From positions 34,851-98,850 of the forward strand of contig JAQUWY010000002.1 of the NCBI GenBank assembly GCA_028692655.1: 64,000 nt of DNA, written 5' to 3'. This document shows, piece by piece, positions 52,181-60,774 of this stretch. The stretch comes from Candidatus Omnitrophota bacterium. GTDB lineage: Bacteria > Omnitrophota > Gorgyraeia > Duberdicusellales > 4484-171. The notes beneath the pieces are model-generated. The model did not search any database. It was given only the letters and a program-made list of their open reading frames with translations, and had not been told where the DNA came from. The first letter of the stretch is position 1, and every line of letters starts with the position of its first letter. A program made the position numbers and the translations under genes.

Positions 52181-53071
52181 ATGGCTAAAAATATATTAAT
52201 AAATTTTCCCACTAACTTAGGAGATACCATTATGGGCCTTCCGGTATTGGACCGTTTGAAGTCCAATTATCCGCAGGCAAAAATAACTGTTATTGCTTCC
52301 TCAGCTACAAAAGAGTTTCTCTTGGCAAACAATTTTATCGATGAGGTAGTTGTTTTTAATAAGCATTGGACTAATATTCAGAAAATACGTTTTGTTCTGG
52401 GGCTGAGAGGTAAATATGATTTGATGGCAGATTTAAAAAATTCTTTTCTGCCCGTTCTTCTGGGGATAAGCGATCATACACCTTTTTTCAGGAAATTTCC
52501 CCAGGATATGCACTTGAAAGAACGCTATTTGTCTCTGGTCGAGCCAATTGCTCCCGAGGCCCGGAATCTTCACAGCCAATTTATTATAACCGGCGAGAAT
52601 GAGTCTTGCTGGAGGAGAGAAAAAATAGCTAAAGCTGTATTTATTGCCGGTTCTTCTCGTAACCGCTTTAAGAGGTACCCTGCAGATTTATTATGCAAGG
52701 CCATTGAAGAGATAAAAAGCTTTGCCCCGGTAGCGATTTTGGGCCAGCGAGATGAGAGAGAATTTTATCATAGTCTTTTATCTATGCCGGGGGTTATTGA
52801 TTTAGTAGGCAAAACCAGCATGAGCGAAGTGTATTTTTTACTTAAAGAATACGGGCGTTTGCTTATCAGTGTTGACTCTGGGTTGTTGCATTTAGGAAGT
52901 TATCTTAACCTGCCTATTTTGGCACTATTTGGGCCGACTGACCCCTGCCGATACGGCCCCTGGTCTAAACAAAGCGTTGTTTTATGTCCACAAAGCCATA
53001 ATCTTACCGATATATCACCGCAGGAGATAGTTGCTTCAGCCAGGCGTTTATTATCCAATGAAGAAACCTAA
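52181..53071 (+). CDS. GT9 heptosyltransferase family protein (short)
   Basis: 296 aa. ILINFPTNLGDTIMGLPVL and LFGPTDP. Lacks the C-terminal Cys motif. Confidence 0.75.
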   Translation: MAKNILINFPTNLGDTIMGLPVLDRLKSNYPQAKITVIASSATKEFLLANNFIDEVVVFNKHWTNIQKIRFVLGLRGKYDLMADLKNSFLPVLLGISDHTPFFRKFPQDMHLKERYLSLVEPIAPEARNLHSQFIITGENESCWRREKIAKAVFIAGSSRNRFKRYPADLLCKAIEEIKSFAPVAILGQRDEREFYHSLLSMPGVIDLVGKTSMSEVYFLLKEYGRLLISVDSGLLHLGSYLNLPILALFGPTDPCRYGPWSKQSVVLCPQSHNLTDISPQEIVASARRLLSNEET

Positions 53072-54092
53072 ACGCATACTTATTTTACGAACTGATAGGC
53101 TGGGGGACGTTATTCTTTCAACTCCGGCTATCAGGAATTTACGTTTGGCGTATCCTGATGCTCACATTGCTTTTCTTTGCCGGCCATACACCCGTCAGGC
53201 AGTGGAAGGTAATCCTTATTTGGATGAAGTTATAGAGTATGATAAACACGGCAGGCATAAAAGCTTTTCTTCCACTGTAAGATTTTCTTTCTGGCTGAGG
53301 ACAAAAAAGTTTGACTGGGCCGTTGTTTTACACCCCACCAATCGTGCTAATATGATAGTTTTTTTAGCCGGGATTCCCCTGCGTGTTGGGTTCAACCGTA
53401 AAACGGGATATTTACTGAATAAAAGAATTCCTCATAAAAAACAACAAGGAAAAAAACATGAAGTTGAATATACTTTAGATATATTGCGCTATATAGGTGT
53501 GGAGGTAAAGGACAAAGTGCTTTATTTTCCGGTAATTGATAAAGCTCGCAAGGTTGTTGACAAACTTTTTAATTCCAAAGGTGTGGATTCCGGCAAAAAA
53601 CTTCTGGTTATCCATCCTTCAGCGTCTTGTCCGTCTAAGCGCTGGAGCCAGAATAATTTTTCCCGCCTTATAAGGGTTCTCAAGGCTGCTAATCACGATT
53701 TAATAATTGCCGTGATTACCTCCGAAGCTGAGAAAAAATTTGGCAAAAAATTAGTAGAGGAGAATGATGTTGTTGATCTAAGAGGTAAACTCAATCTTGC
53801 AGAATTAGGGGCATTGCTGGAGAGGGCAAGCCTTTTGATATCAAACGATACCGGGCCGGTCCATATAGCTGCCGCTCTAAAAATTCCGGTGATTTCCATA
53901 TTTGGCCGTAATGACCCGGGCCTTTCGCCGTTACGCTGGCGGCCTTTAGGAAAAAACTCTTATTATTTGCATAAAGATGTTGGTTGCAAGAAATGCCTTG
54001 CGCATAATTGCGATAAAAACTTTTTATGCCTGCAATCAATTGCAGTTGAAGAAGTTTTTGAACTGGCCATAAAGTTTCTTAAGTCAAACTAG
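53058..54092 (+). CDS. GT9 ADP-heptose:LPS heptosyltransferase
   Basis: Start refined to ATG 53058 (MKKPKRILILRTDRLGDV). The listed 53031 start gives a 41-nt overlap. IFGRNDP and a C-terminal CKKC...C...C motif. Confidence 0.8.
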   Translation: MKKPKRILILRTDRLGDVILSTPAIRNLRLAYPDAHIAFLCRPYTRQAVEGNPYLDEVIEYDKHGRHKSFSSTVRFSFWLRTKKFDWAVVLHPTNRANMIVFLAGIPLRVGFNRKTGYLLNKRIPHKKQQGKKHEVEYTLDILRYIGVEVKDKVLYFPVIDKARKVVDKLFNSKGVDSGKKLLVIHPSASCPSKRWSQNNFSRLIRVLKAANHDLIIAVITSEAEKKFGKKLVEENDVVDLRGKLNLAELGALLERASLLISNDTGPVHIAAALKIPVISIFGRNDPGLSPLRWRPLGKNSYYLHKDVGCKKCLAHNCDKNFLCLQSIAVEEVFELAIKFLKSN

Positions 54093-54127
54093 CCGCTCAA
54101 TTTTATCAGAAATTTTATATATTTATC

Positions 54128-54155
54128 TTGATAAAAATTTTATATCTGATATCAT
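54128..54155 (+). promoter_or_regulatory. candidate promoter of rex (TTGATA-16-TATCAT) within an AT-rich repeat region
   Basis: TTGATA at 54128-54133 and TATCAT at 54150-54155. The surrounding direct repeat AAATTTTATAT occurs twice, with flanking TCAGA/TCTGA inverted ends. Only 7 nt from the putative GTG start, so the start codon or the promoter call may be off. Confidence 0.25.
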
Positions 54156-54162
54156 AGAGTTT

Positions 54163-54822
54163 GTGAAAAATAGAACGAATATTATTCTTTGCTCAAAAAA
54201 GGCAAAATGTTCGAGTGAAATTATAAAACGGCTCAGCCTTTACTTGCGTAATCTTAAGCGGCTTGAGAAGGAAGGGGTTGAGACAATTTCTTCAGATAAG
54301 ATTACTCAGTTTTTGAATGCCAGTTCAGTGCAGTTTAGAAAAGATCTTTCTTATTTCGGCGGTTTTGGAAAGCCTGGTGTGGGGTATAAAGTTAAGTCAT
54401 TGCTTAAAGAGCTTGAAAATATACTGGGAGTAAATCAGGAGTGGGATATTGCCTTGGTTGGTGCCGGCAGGCTAGGGGGAGCGCTGTCACGCTTTGAAGG
54501 GTTTTCCCGGTTTAATCTGCGGATTGTTTGTGTGTTTGATAACGATAAGAAAGTTATAGGGAAAAAAAGAGGCCAGCTTCTGATCCAGGACGTGAAAGAC
54601 TTAGTAAAAACGGTTGAAAGAAAAAAAATCAGAATTGCTATAATCGCGACCCCTATGGAAGCCGCACAGAGCGTATGTCACGAGCTGACTAAAGCCGGGG
54701 TTAAGGGGATATTAAACTTTTCTCCCTTAGTTCTCAAAGTTCCCAATGGCGTTTGCGTTTCCAATGTTGATATGGCCTGTGAGCTTGAAAGTCTTATTTA
54801 TTTCGCCAAAAGGAAAAGATAA
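54163..54822 (+). CDS. rex: redox-sensing transcriptional repressor Rex
   Basis: 219 aa (GTG start). N-terminal winged helix (IIKRLSLYLRNLKRL, similar to B. subtilis IPQATAKRLPLYYRFLKNL). FRKDLSYFGGFGKPGVGY, then the Rossmann NADH site LVGAGRLGG. Confidence 0.85.
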   Translation: MKNRTNIILCSKKAKCSSEIIKRLSLYLRNLKRLEKEGVETISSDKITQFLNASSVQFRKDLSYFGGFGKPGVGYKVKSLLKELENILGVNQEWDIALVGAGRLGGALSRFEGFSRFNLRIVCVFDNDKKVIGKKRGQLLIQDVKDLVKTVERKKIRIAIIATPMEAAQSVCHELTKAGVKGILNFSPLVLKVPNGVCVSNVDMACELESLIYFAKRKR

Positions 54823-54838
54823 TTAACGGGAGGCAGAC

Positions 54839-55105
54839 ATGATTAAAAAGACTTTGCTCTTGGTTCTTGTAAATGTGCGCAAAGAGTCAGCAGCTAAGGT
54901 GCAAAAGATACTTACCGATTGGGGTTGTATTATAAAAACCCGCTTGGGAATACATGATGGGGTGCTTGATGATTGCACTAATTCAGGACTTATAATCCTT
55001 GAGCTTGTCGGAAGCGATAACCAGGCTCAGGAAATTAACCATAAGCTTAATCTCTTGGCTGGGGTTAAATCTGAGATCGTGGAGCTGCAGTTGCCTAAAG
55101 ATTAA
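54839..55105 (+). CDS. small ACT-like protein, putative [FeFe]-hydrogenase system regulator (TM1266-like)
   Basis: 88 aa with a GGGAGG RBS. Secondary-structure-like pattern of an ACT/NikR-C-terminal fold. Lies between rex and the hydrogenase structural genes. Family assignment is from memory of the TM1266-type family and is not verified. Confidence 0.35.
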   Translation: MIKKTLLLVLVNVRKESAAKVQKILTDWGCIIKTRLGIHDGVLDDCTNSGLIILELVGSDNQAQEINHKLNLLAGVKSEIVELQLPKD

Positions 55106-55134
55106 CCTAAAATAGCAATAAAAGGTACTAAAAG

Positions 55135-55674
55135 ATGAAATATAGCTTAACAAAACACAGGCCGGAGAAGATCAAAGACCGCTTAAGAATAGATAATATT
55201 ATTTCCCGCCATAAAGATACTCCCGGAGAATTATTGAATATCTTGGAAGAAACCCAGATTTTAAGTAAATATAACTATCTTTCTCCCGCTCAGTTGAAGT
55301 ACATAGCCGAAAAAACTTCTTACCCGCTTTCTGTGGTTTACAGCGTAACCACTTTTTATTCTTTTTTTAACCTTAAGCCTCAGGGGGAACATTGTATAAT
55401 TGTCTGCCGGGGTACTGCATGCCATACCAAAGGGTCGCGCCGGATACTGGATTATCTAGAAAGTGTGCTTGATTTTGGCGATGAAAAAATCAATGAAGGA
55501 GAGAAAGTTTTTTTAACTACAAAAGACAAAGTTATTACTATTAAGACTGTTGCTTGTTTTGGCCAGTGCGCTCTTGCGCCTGTGGTTGAAGTAGACGGAA
55601 TCATTCATAGCCGGATGACTGTAGAAAAGATGAAAAAAGTATTGTCAGCTTTAAAAAAGAAGGGCCTTAAATGA
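55135..55674 (+). CDS. NuoE-like [2Fe-2S] thioredoxin-fold subunit of multimeric [FeFe]-hydrogenase (HydC/HndA-like)
   Basis: 179 aa. CRGTACH...C...CFGQCALAP four-Cys pattern of the NuoE/HoxE family. Confidence 0.85.
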   Translation: MKYSLTKHRPEKIKDRLRIDNIISRHKDTPGELLNILEETQILSKYNYLSPAQLKYIAEKTSYPLSVVYSVTTFYSFFNLKPQGEHCIIVCRGTACHTKGSRRILDYLESVLDFGDEKINEGEKVFLTTKDKVITIKTVACFGQCALAPVVEVDGIIHSRMTVEKMKKVLSALKKKGLK

Positions 55675-58600
55675 AAGTGGTTGATATTAAAACCCTTGAA
55701 AAGGTAAAAGCAAAAGGGTTAAAAAAACTCTTTCCTTCTGTGGCTAGGATTACGGTAGGTTTAGGCACCTGCGGTGCCGGCAATAATGCGCAAGGGATTT
55801 ATGATTTTCTTGAAAGATATTTCTCAAAAAAGAAAAAAAGGATTTTTCTCACCAAAACAGGCTGCTTTGGATTTTGTGCTCAAGAACCTTTAGTTACTTT
55901 TAGGGTTCCGGGAAAGCCTCTGCTTATGTTCAGTAAGCTTAATGAGAAGTCCGCGAAACGCATAGCTGATAGCGTTTTACAGGGTGCACCTGATTCCGGT
56001 AATATTTTGTGTAAGATAGAAGAATGGGACCACTTAACTTCAAAATTAAATTATGGCAAAGGGTATCCTGCGATTCCTTCTTGGAAAGAGGTTCCTTTTT
56101 TTAAGAGGCAGAAAAAAATAGTTTTGAGAGACTGCGGGTTGATTAACCCCGATGATATAGAAGAATATTTCGGAGTAGGAGGCTACAGTGCACTTTTTAA
56201 AGTTTTGCATCAGTTTAGCCCTCAGGAGTGTTTGAATGAAGTAAAGGAATCTGGATTGCGTGGCCGGGGAGGAGCAGGCTTTCCGGTTTGGAAAAAATGG
56301 GAGATTCTTAAAAATAAAGTATCCGATAAAAAATATATTGTTTGCAATGCCGATGAAGGCGATCCCGGGGCATATATGAATAGGAACGAGTTGGAAGGTG
56401 ACCCTCATATGATTATAGAGGGTATGGCTATAGCCGGCTTTATTACCGGTTCTCATGAAGGAATCATATATTGCCGTGCAGAATATCCTCTGGCTGTAGA
56501 AAGGCTTCATAATGCCATTGCTCAGGCTAAAAGATACGGTGTTTTAGGCGCAAAGGTACTCGGTTCTGATTTTGATTTTAACCTTCATATTGTTGAGGGG
56601 GCAGGTGCTTTTGTCTGCGGAGAGGAGACCGCCCTCATTGCTTCTATTGAAGGAAAATCCGGACGCCCGAATGTCAGGCCGCCTTTTCCGGCAGAAAAAG
56701 GTATTTGGGGCTATCCTACCAATATAAATAATGTCGAGACCTGGGCTAATATCCCGGTGATTATAGCAAAAGGGGGAAAAGATTTTTCTCTTACGGGAGC
56801 AAAAGGAAACTCCGGCACTAAAGTGTTTTCTTTGGTGGGCAAGGTTAAGAATACCGGTCTGGTTGAGCTTCCTCTGGGCACGAGCCTTCAGACTCTTGTC
56901 TTTGATATCGGCGGAGGCACCGGCACGAATAAAAAAATAAAAGCAGTTCAGACCGGCGGGCCTTCGGGCGGATGCATACCGATGCGCCTCTTTAATACTC
57001 CCATTGATTATGAGTCTCTAACCAATTTAGGCACGATTATGGGTTCGGGAGGCGTAGTGGTTATGGACGAAGATAATTGTATGGTTGATGTTGCCAGATA
57101 TTTTACTGAATTCACTACTGCGGAATCTTGTGGTAAGTGTACTCCCTGCCGAGAGGGTTTAAGCCAGATTTTAAAGATGCTGCAGGATATTGCTGCCGGC
57201 AGGGCTTCGATTGATATTCTGGATAAGGCAAGCGAATTAGGCAGTATAATAAAAGATTCGGCTCTTTGCGGATTAGGCCAGACCGGGCCCAATCCACTTT
57301 TAACCACCCTGAAATATTTTCGGCAGGAATACAAACAGCATATTAAAGATAATTATTGTGATGCGGGAGTCTGTCAGGAAATGTTTTTAGCCCCTTGTGA
57401 AAATAGCTGTCCCTTACATATGAATATACCGGCTTATCTTTCGATGTTTGAAGAAGGAAGGGTAAAAGATGCTTTCGAGTCTATAATCAGGGATAATCCT
57501 TTGCCGGCTTCTATAGGAAGGATTTGCCATTTTCATTGTAAGCTTCGTTGTCGCAGAGAAGATATAGATTCTCCCGTTGCTCAAGGAGAAGTCCACCGCT
57601 ATATAGCGGATGTTCTTCGCGGAACAAAAGAAGAAAAAGAAGTGCTTGATAAGATTTGTAAAGAAAAACTTCCTTTAACCGGGAAAAAAATAGTCATTAT
57701 CGGTGCCGGCCCGGCAGGGCTTACCGCGGCATATTATCTCATACGCTTAGGGCATAAAGTAACTGTTTATGACCGGGCTCATGAGGCCGGCGGGATACTG
57801 CGATGGGGAATTCCGGCATACAGGCTTCCCCGTGATATTTTGAAGCACGAGATAGGTTTTTTGGGTAAATTAGGGGTGAAATTTATTTTTAATAAAAAGA
57901 TTTCTCCTCGCGATATAAAAAGCTTGCAAGAAAAATCTCAGGCGTTAATTATTGCCGCTGGCGCTTACAAAGAAATTTCTCTGAATATACCCGGAGAAGG
58001 CTCAAGCGGCGTATTTTCCGGAAGTAGTTTTCTGGAGAGCATTGCCGGCGGCAGGAAACCGGCAATTGGGAAAAAGGTGGTTATTGTAGGCGGAGGAAAT
58101 GTAGCCATAGATGCTGCCAGGAGTGCTATGCGCCTGGGGGCAAGAGTTACTATAGTTTATCGCCGGCAGGAACCAGATATGCCGGCTAATCACGCTGAAA
58201 TTCTTGAGGCTTATAAAGAAGGCGTAAAGATGTTGTTTATGAGAGCCCCCAAGAGAATAATAGGCTCAGATCCGGACAATAAAGTCAAAGCTATAGAATT
58301 GTCAGTAATGAAACCAGGCCCGTGTGATTCCTCCGGAAGGAAAAAACCTCTGGATACGGGTGAAACTGAAACTTTAGCTTGCGATACAATACTCTTTGCT
58401 ATCGGAGAACGTGTTGATGCTGACTTTGCTGCCGCCTGCGGGCTTGAACTTACGGCTTACAAAACAATAACTGCTGATGAATTCACTTTAGAAACTAATA
58501 TAAAAAAGGTTTATGCGGGAGGAGATATAGTTACCGGCCCGGGGACTGCGGTTGAAGCCATGGCTCAGGGAAAGCGTATGGCAAGAGCTATCGATAAGAA

Positions 58601-58826
58601 TCTGGCTTCTTGTGATAGGTTTGGGCTTCTATATAAAACGTTTGATTACAGTAATCAGGCTCCTTTTAAACCGGCGCCTGCTGCGCGAAGCAAGATAAAA
58701 GTTATGGATTTAAATAAACGTTTAAAAGGTTTCAAAGAGGTTTCTTTTGGCTTAAGTCCTGTTCAGGCAAAAGTAGAGTGCCAACGGTGTTTGCGCTGTG
58801 ATATCAAGGAAATAAGCGGCATCTAA
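55671..58826 (+). CDS. three-module flavoprotein: HndB-like [2Fe-2S] domain + NuoF-like (FMN/NADH, [4Fe-4S]) + GltD-like (FAD/NAD(P)H, 2x[4Fe-4S]) fusion
   Basis: 1051 aa. N-terminal GTCGAG...GCFGFC Trx-like domain. NuoF core [33 protein letters not shown]. From ~nt 57355 a glutamate-synthase-small-subunit-like domain: YCDAGVCQE...C..C Fe-S region, IIGAGPAGLTAAYYL (FAD), VVIVGGGNVAIDAARSA (NAD(P)H). Confidence 0.85.
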   Translation: MKVVDIKTLEKVKAKGLKKLFPSVARITVGLGTCGAGNNAQGIYDFLERYFSKKKKRIFLTKTGCFGFCAQEPLVTFRVPGKPLLMFSKLNEKSAKRIADSVLQGAPDSGNILCKIEEWDHLTSKLNYGKGYPAIPSWKEVPFFKRQKKIVLRDCGLINPDDIEEYFGVGGYSALFKVLHQFSPQECLNEVKESGLRGRGGAGFPVWKKWEILKNKVSDKKYIVCNADEGDPGAYMNRNELEGDPHMIIEGMAIAGFITGSHEGIIYCRAEYPLAVERLHNAIAQAKRYGVLGAKVLGSDFDFNLHIVEGAGAFVCGEETALIASIEGKSGRPNVRPPFPAEKGIWGYPTNINNVETWANIPVIIAKGGKDFSLTGAKGNSGTKVFSLVGKVKNTGLVELPLGTSLQTLVFDIGGGTGTNKKIKAVQTGGPSGGCIPMRLFNTPIDYESLTNLGTIMGSGGVVVMDEDNCMVDVARYFTEFTTAESCGKCTPCREGLSQILKMLQDIAAGRASIDILDKASELGSIIKDSALCGLGQTGPNPLLTTLKYFRQEYKQHIKDNYCDAGVCQEMFLAPCENSCPLHMNIPAYLSMFEEGRVKDAFESIIRDNPLPASIGRICHFHCKLRCRREDIDSPVAQGEVHRYIADVLRGTKEEKEVLDKICKEKLPLTGKKIVIIGAGPAGLTAAYYLIRLGHKVTVYDRAHEAGGILRWGIPAYRLPRDILKHEIGFLGKLGVKFIFNKKISPRDIKSLQEKSQALIIAAGAYKEISLNIPGEGSSGVFSGSSFLESIAGGRKPAIGKKVVIVGGGNVAIDAARSAMRLGARVTIVYRRQEPDMPANHAEILEAYKEGVKMLFMRAPKRIIGSDPDNKVKAIELSVMKPGPCDSSGRKKPLDTGETETLACDTILFAIGERVDADFAAACGLELTAYKTITADEFTLETNIKKVYAGGDIVTGPGTAVEAMAQGKRMARAIDKNLASCDRFGLLYKTFDYSNQAPFKPAPAARSKIKVMDLNKRLKGFKEVSFGLSPVQAKVECQRCLRCDIKEISGI

Positions 58827-58844
58827 ATGTATAGAGGAAATTGT

Positions 58845-60626
58845 ATGGGTAAAAAGACATGCAACGTAAAGATAAACGGAACTAATTGTCAAGCTGAAGA
58901 AGGGATTAATCTTGTAGAAGCTTGCTTGCAGCAGGGAATTATAATTCCGACACTTTGCTACCTCAAGGATCTTAATGAAAGCGGAGCTTGTTCAGTTTGT
59001 TTGGTTGAAGTCAAAGGTGCTAAGACTCTGCTTCGGGCTTGTGTTACTAAGGTTAGAGACGGAATGGAGATATATACTGATACCGAGCGTATCCGGCGGG
59101 CCCGTAAAGTTGTTGTAGAACTTATTCTGGCCAATCATCCCAAAGATTGCCTGGGGTGTGAAAAAAACCAGAATTGTGATCTGCAAAGAATAGCTTATGA
59201 GTTAGGTATTGAAAATATACGTTATCCAAAAACGCGCCAGAAAGATTTCTCTATAGACAACTCATCTCCTTCAATAATAAGAGACCCTAACAAGTGTATT
59301 TTATGTGGAAGATGTATAGAGGTGTGCAGTAAAATTCAAGAAGTTAACGCTATTGATTTTATCAAGCGTGGGCATGCAATGCAGGTTTCGACATTTTTTG
59401 ATGGCGGTTTAGGGAATTCAGAATGTACTAATTGCGGCCAATGTGTGTTGGTCTGCCCTACGGGGGCTTTAGCCGAGAACAACTCTATAGGCGAGGTCTG
59501 GAGAGTTTTAGACGATAAGGAGCAGATAGTAATAGTTCAGACTGCGCCGGCGATAAGAGCGGCAATCGGCGAAGCTTTTGGTTTTAATACAGGGGTTCCG
59601 ACTACCGGAAAATTAGCCGCTTCCCTGCGGCGCTTGGGGTTCTCTAAGATCTTTGATACGCAATTCGCTGCTGACCTCACTATTATCGAAGAAGGTTCGG
59701 AGTTTCTCACAAGATTAAAAAATAATGATAAAATACCGACAATTACGTCTTGTTCTCCCGGTTGGATAAAATTTGGCGAAACTTTTTTCCCGGGAATATT
59801 GGATAATATTTCAACCTGTAAATCACCGCAGCAGATGTTCGGTGCAATAGCTAAGACCTATTATGCTCAAAAGATGAACATTGATCCCAGGAAAATTAAA
59901 ATAATTTCTGTTATGCCCTGCACCGCGAAGAAATTCGAAGCTTTACGCCCGGAAATAAACAGTGCATTTTCTTTCTGGAAAGATAAGCTTGCTCTTAGTA
60001 AAAAAGAATACTTTCCCGATGTTGACTATGTGCTTACGACTCGGGAATTAATCAGGATGATAAAAGAGGCGGGCATTGATTATGCAAATCTTGCCGATGA
60101 AGGATTTGATGACCCTCTGGGGGTTTCTACCGGTGCAGCTACTATATTTGGTGCCAGCGGAGGGGTGATGGAAGCCGCTCTTCGTTCAGCATATTTTTAT
60201 TTAACCGGCACAGAACTTAAGGATATTGAACTGAATGCCGTAAGAGGGCTCTCCGGAATCAAAGAAGCCAGTTTAGAAATAGCCGGAAAAAAGATAAAAG
60301 TTGCGGTTGCCCACGGCCTGGGTAATGCCCGCAAATTAATGCAGCAGGTTGCAAGAGGCGAGAGCCCGTATCATTTTATAGAAATAATGGCTTGTCCCGG
60401 AGGCTGCATCGGCGGAGGCGGCCAACCTTTACCGGTCAATGATGAGATCAGGAAGCTTCGCATAAAAGCGCTTTACCAAGAGGATAGAAGCCTTGCCTAT
60501 CGCCGTTCTCATCAGAACCCGGCTGTTATAAAGCTCTATTCCGAATTTCTTAAAAAACCAAATGGGCACCTTTCTCATAAGCTTCTTCATACGCACTATC
60601 ATAAGCGCCAGCCGGTTAAAATATAA
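58845..60626 (+). CDS. hydA: [FeFe]-hydrogenase catalytic subunit HydA (M3/CpI architecture) with variant L1 motif TSCSPGW
   Basis: Start preferred at ATG 58845 (RBS AGAGGA 7 nt upstream). The alternative is ATG 58827, directly after the upstream stop codon. N-terminal [2Fe-2S] domain, His-ligated cluster HPKDCLGCEKNQNC, and 2x[4Fe-4S] (CILCGRCIEVC; CTNCGQCVLVCP). H-cluster motifs L2 MPCTAKKFE and L3 EIMACPGGCIGGGGQP are present. L1 reads TSCSPGW (nt 59745-59765). Confidence 0.9.
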   Translation: MGKKTCNVKINGTNCQAEEGINLVEACLQQGIIIPTLCYLKDLNESGACSVCLVEVKGAKTLLRACVTKVRDGMEIYTDTERIRRARKVVVELILANHPKDCLGCEKNQNCDLQRIAYELGIENIRYPKTRQKDFSIDNSSPSIIRDPNKCILCGRCIEVCSKIQEVNAIDFIKRGHAMQVSTFFDGGLGNSECTNCGQCVLVCPTGALAENNSIGEVWRVLDDKEQIVIVQTAPAIRAAIGEAFGFNTGVPTTGKLAASLRRLGFSKIFDTQFAADLTIIEEGSEFLTRLKNNDKIPTITSCSPGWIKFGETFFPGILDNISTCKSPQQMFGAIAKTYYAQKMNIDPRKIKIISVMPCTAKKFEALRPEINSAFSFWKDKLALSKKEYFPDVDYVLTTRELIRMIKEAGIDYANLADEGFDDPLGVSTGAATIFGASGGVMEAALRSAYFYLTGTELKDIELNAVRGLSGIKEASLEIAGKKIKVAVAHGLGNARKLMQQVARGESPYHFIEIMACPGGCIGGGGQPLPVNDEIRKLRIKALYQEDRSLAYRRSHQNPAVIKLYSEFLKKPNGHLSHKLLHTHYHKRQPVKI

Positions 60627-60684
60627 CCAGTAATGTTTCATATTGCCAAAAGCCGTCATTTTCTATAAAATAATTAAATATTAT

Positions 60685-60712
60685 TTGACAGGCTCCTTGC
60701 CGGTGATATAAT
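60685..60712 (+). promoter_or_regulatory. sigma70-like promoter of the downstream hnd-type hydrogenase operon
   Basis: TTGACA (60685-60690), a 16-nt spacer, then TGaTATAAT extended -10 (60704-60712). Confidence 0.5.
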
Positions 60713-60728
60713 CGCCTATCACCCAAGA

Positions 60729-60746
60729 TTGTGACAAAATTCACAA
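60729..60746 (+). promoter_or_regulatory. Rex operator
   Basis: TTGTGACAAAATTCACAA is a perfect inverted repeat matching the Rex consensus TTGTGA-N6-TCACAA. It lies ~17 nt downstream of the -10 and 29 nt upstream of the NuoE-like ATG. Confidence 0.65.
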
Positions 60747-60774
60747 ATAATTATAATCATAAATTCATAGCCCT

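Noticed and set aside
54160-54180. TTGTGAA half-site at the beginning of rex as a Rex autoregulatory box
   Set aside because: Only one half-site matches (right half AGAACGA versus TTCACAA). It overlaps the GTG start codon and is simply coding sequence.
56046-56510. 154-aa minus-strand ORF inside the NuoF-GltD gene
   Set aside because: Antisense to conserved NuoF FMN-binding-site coding sequence.
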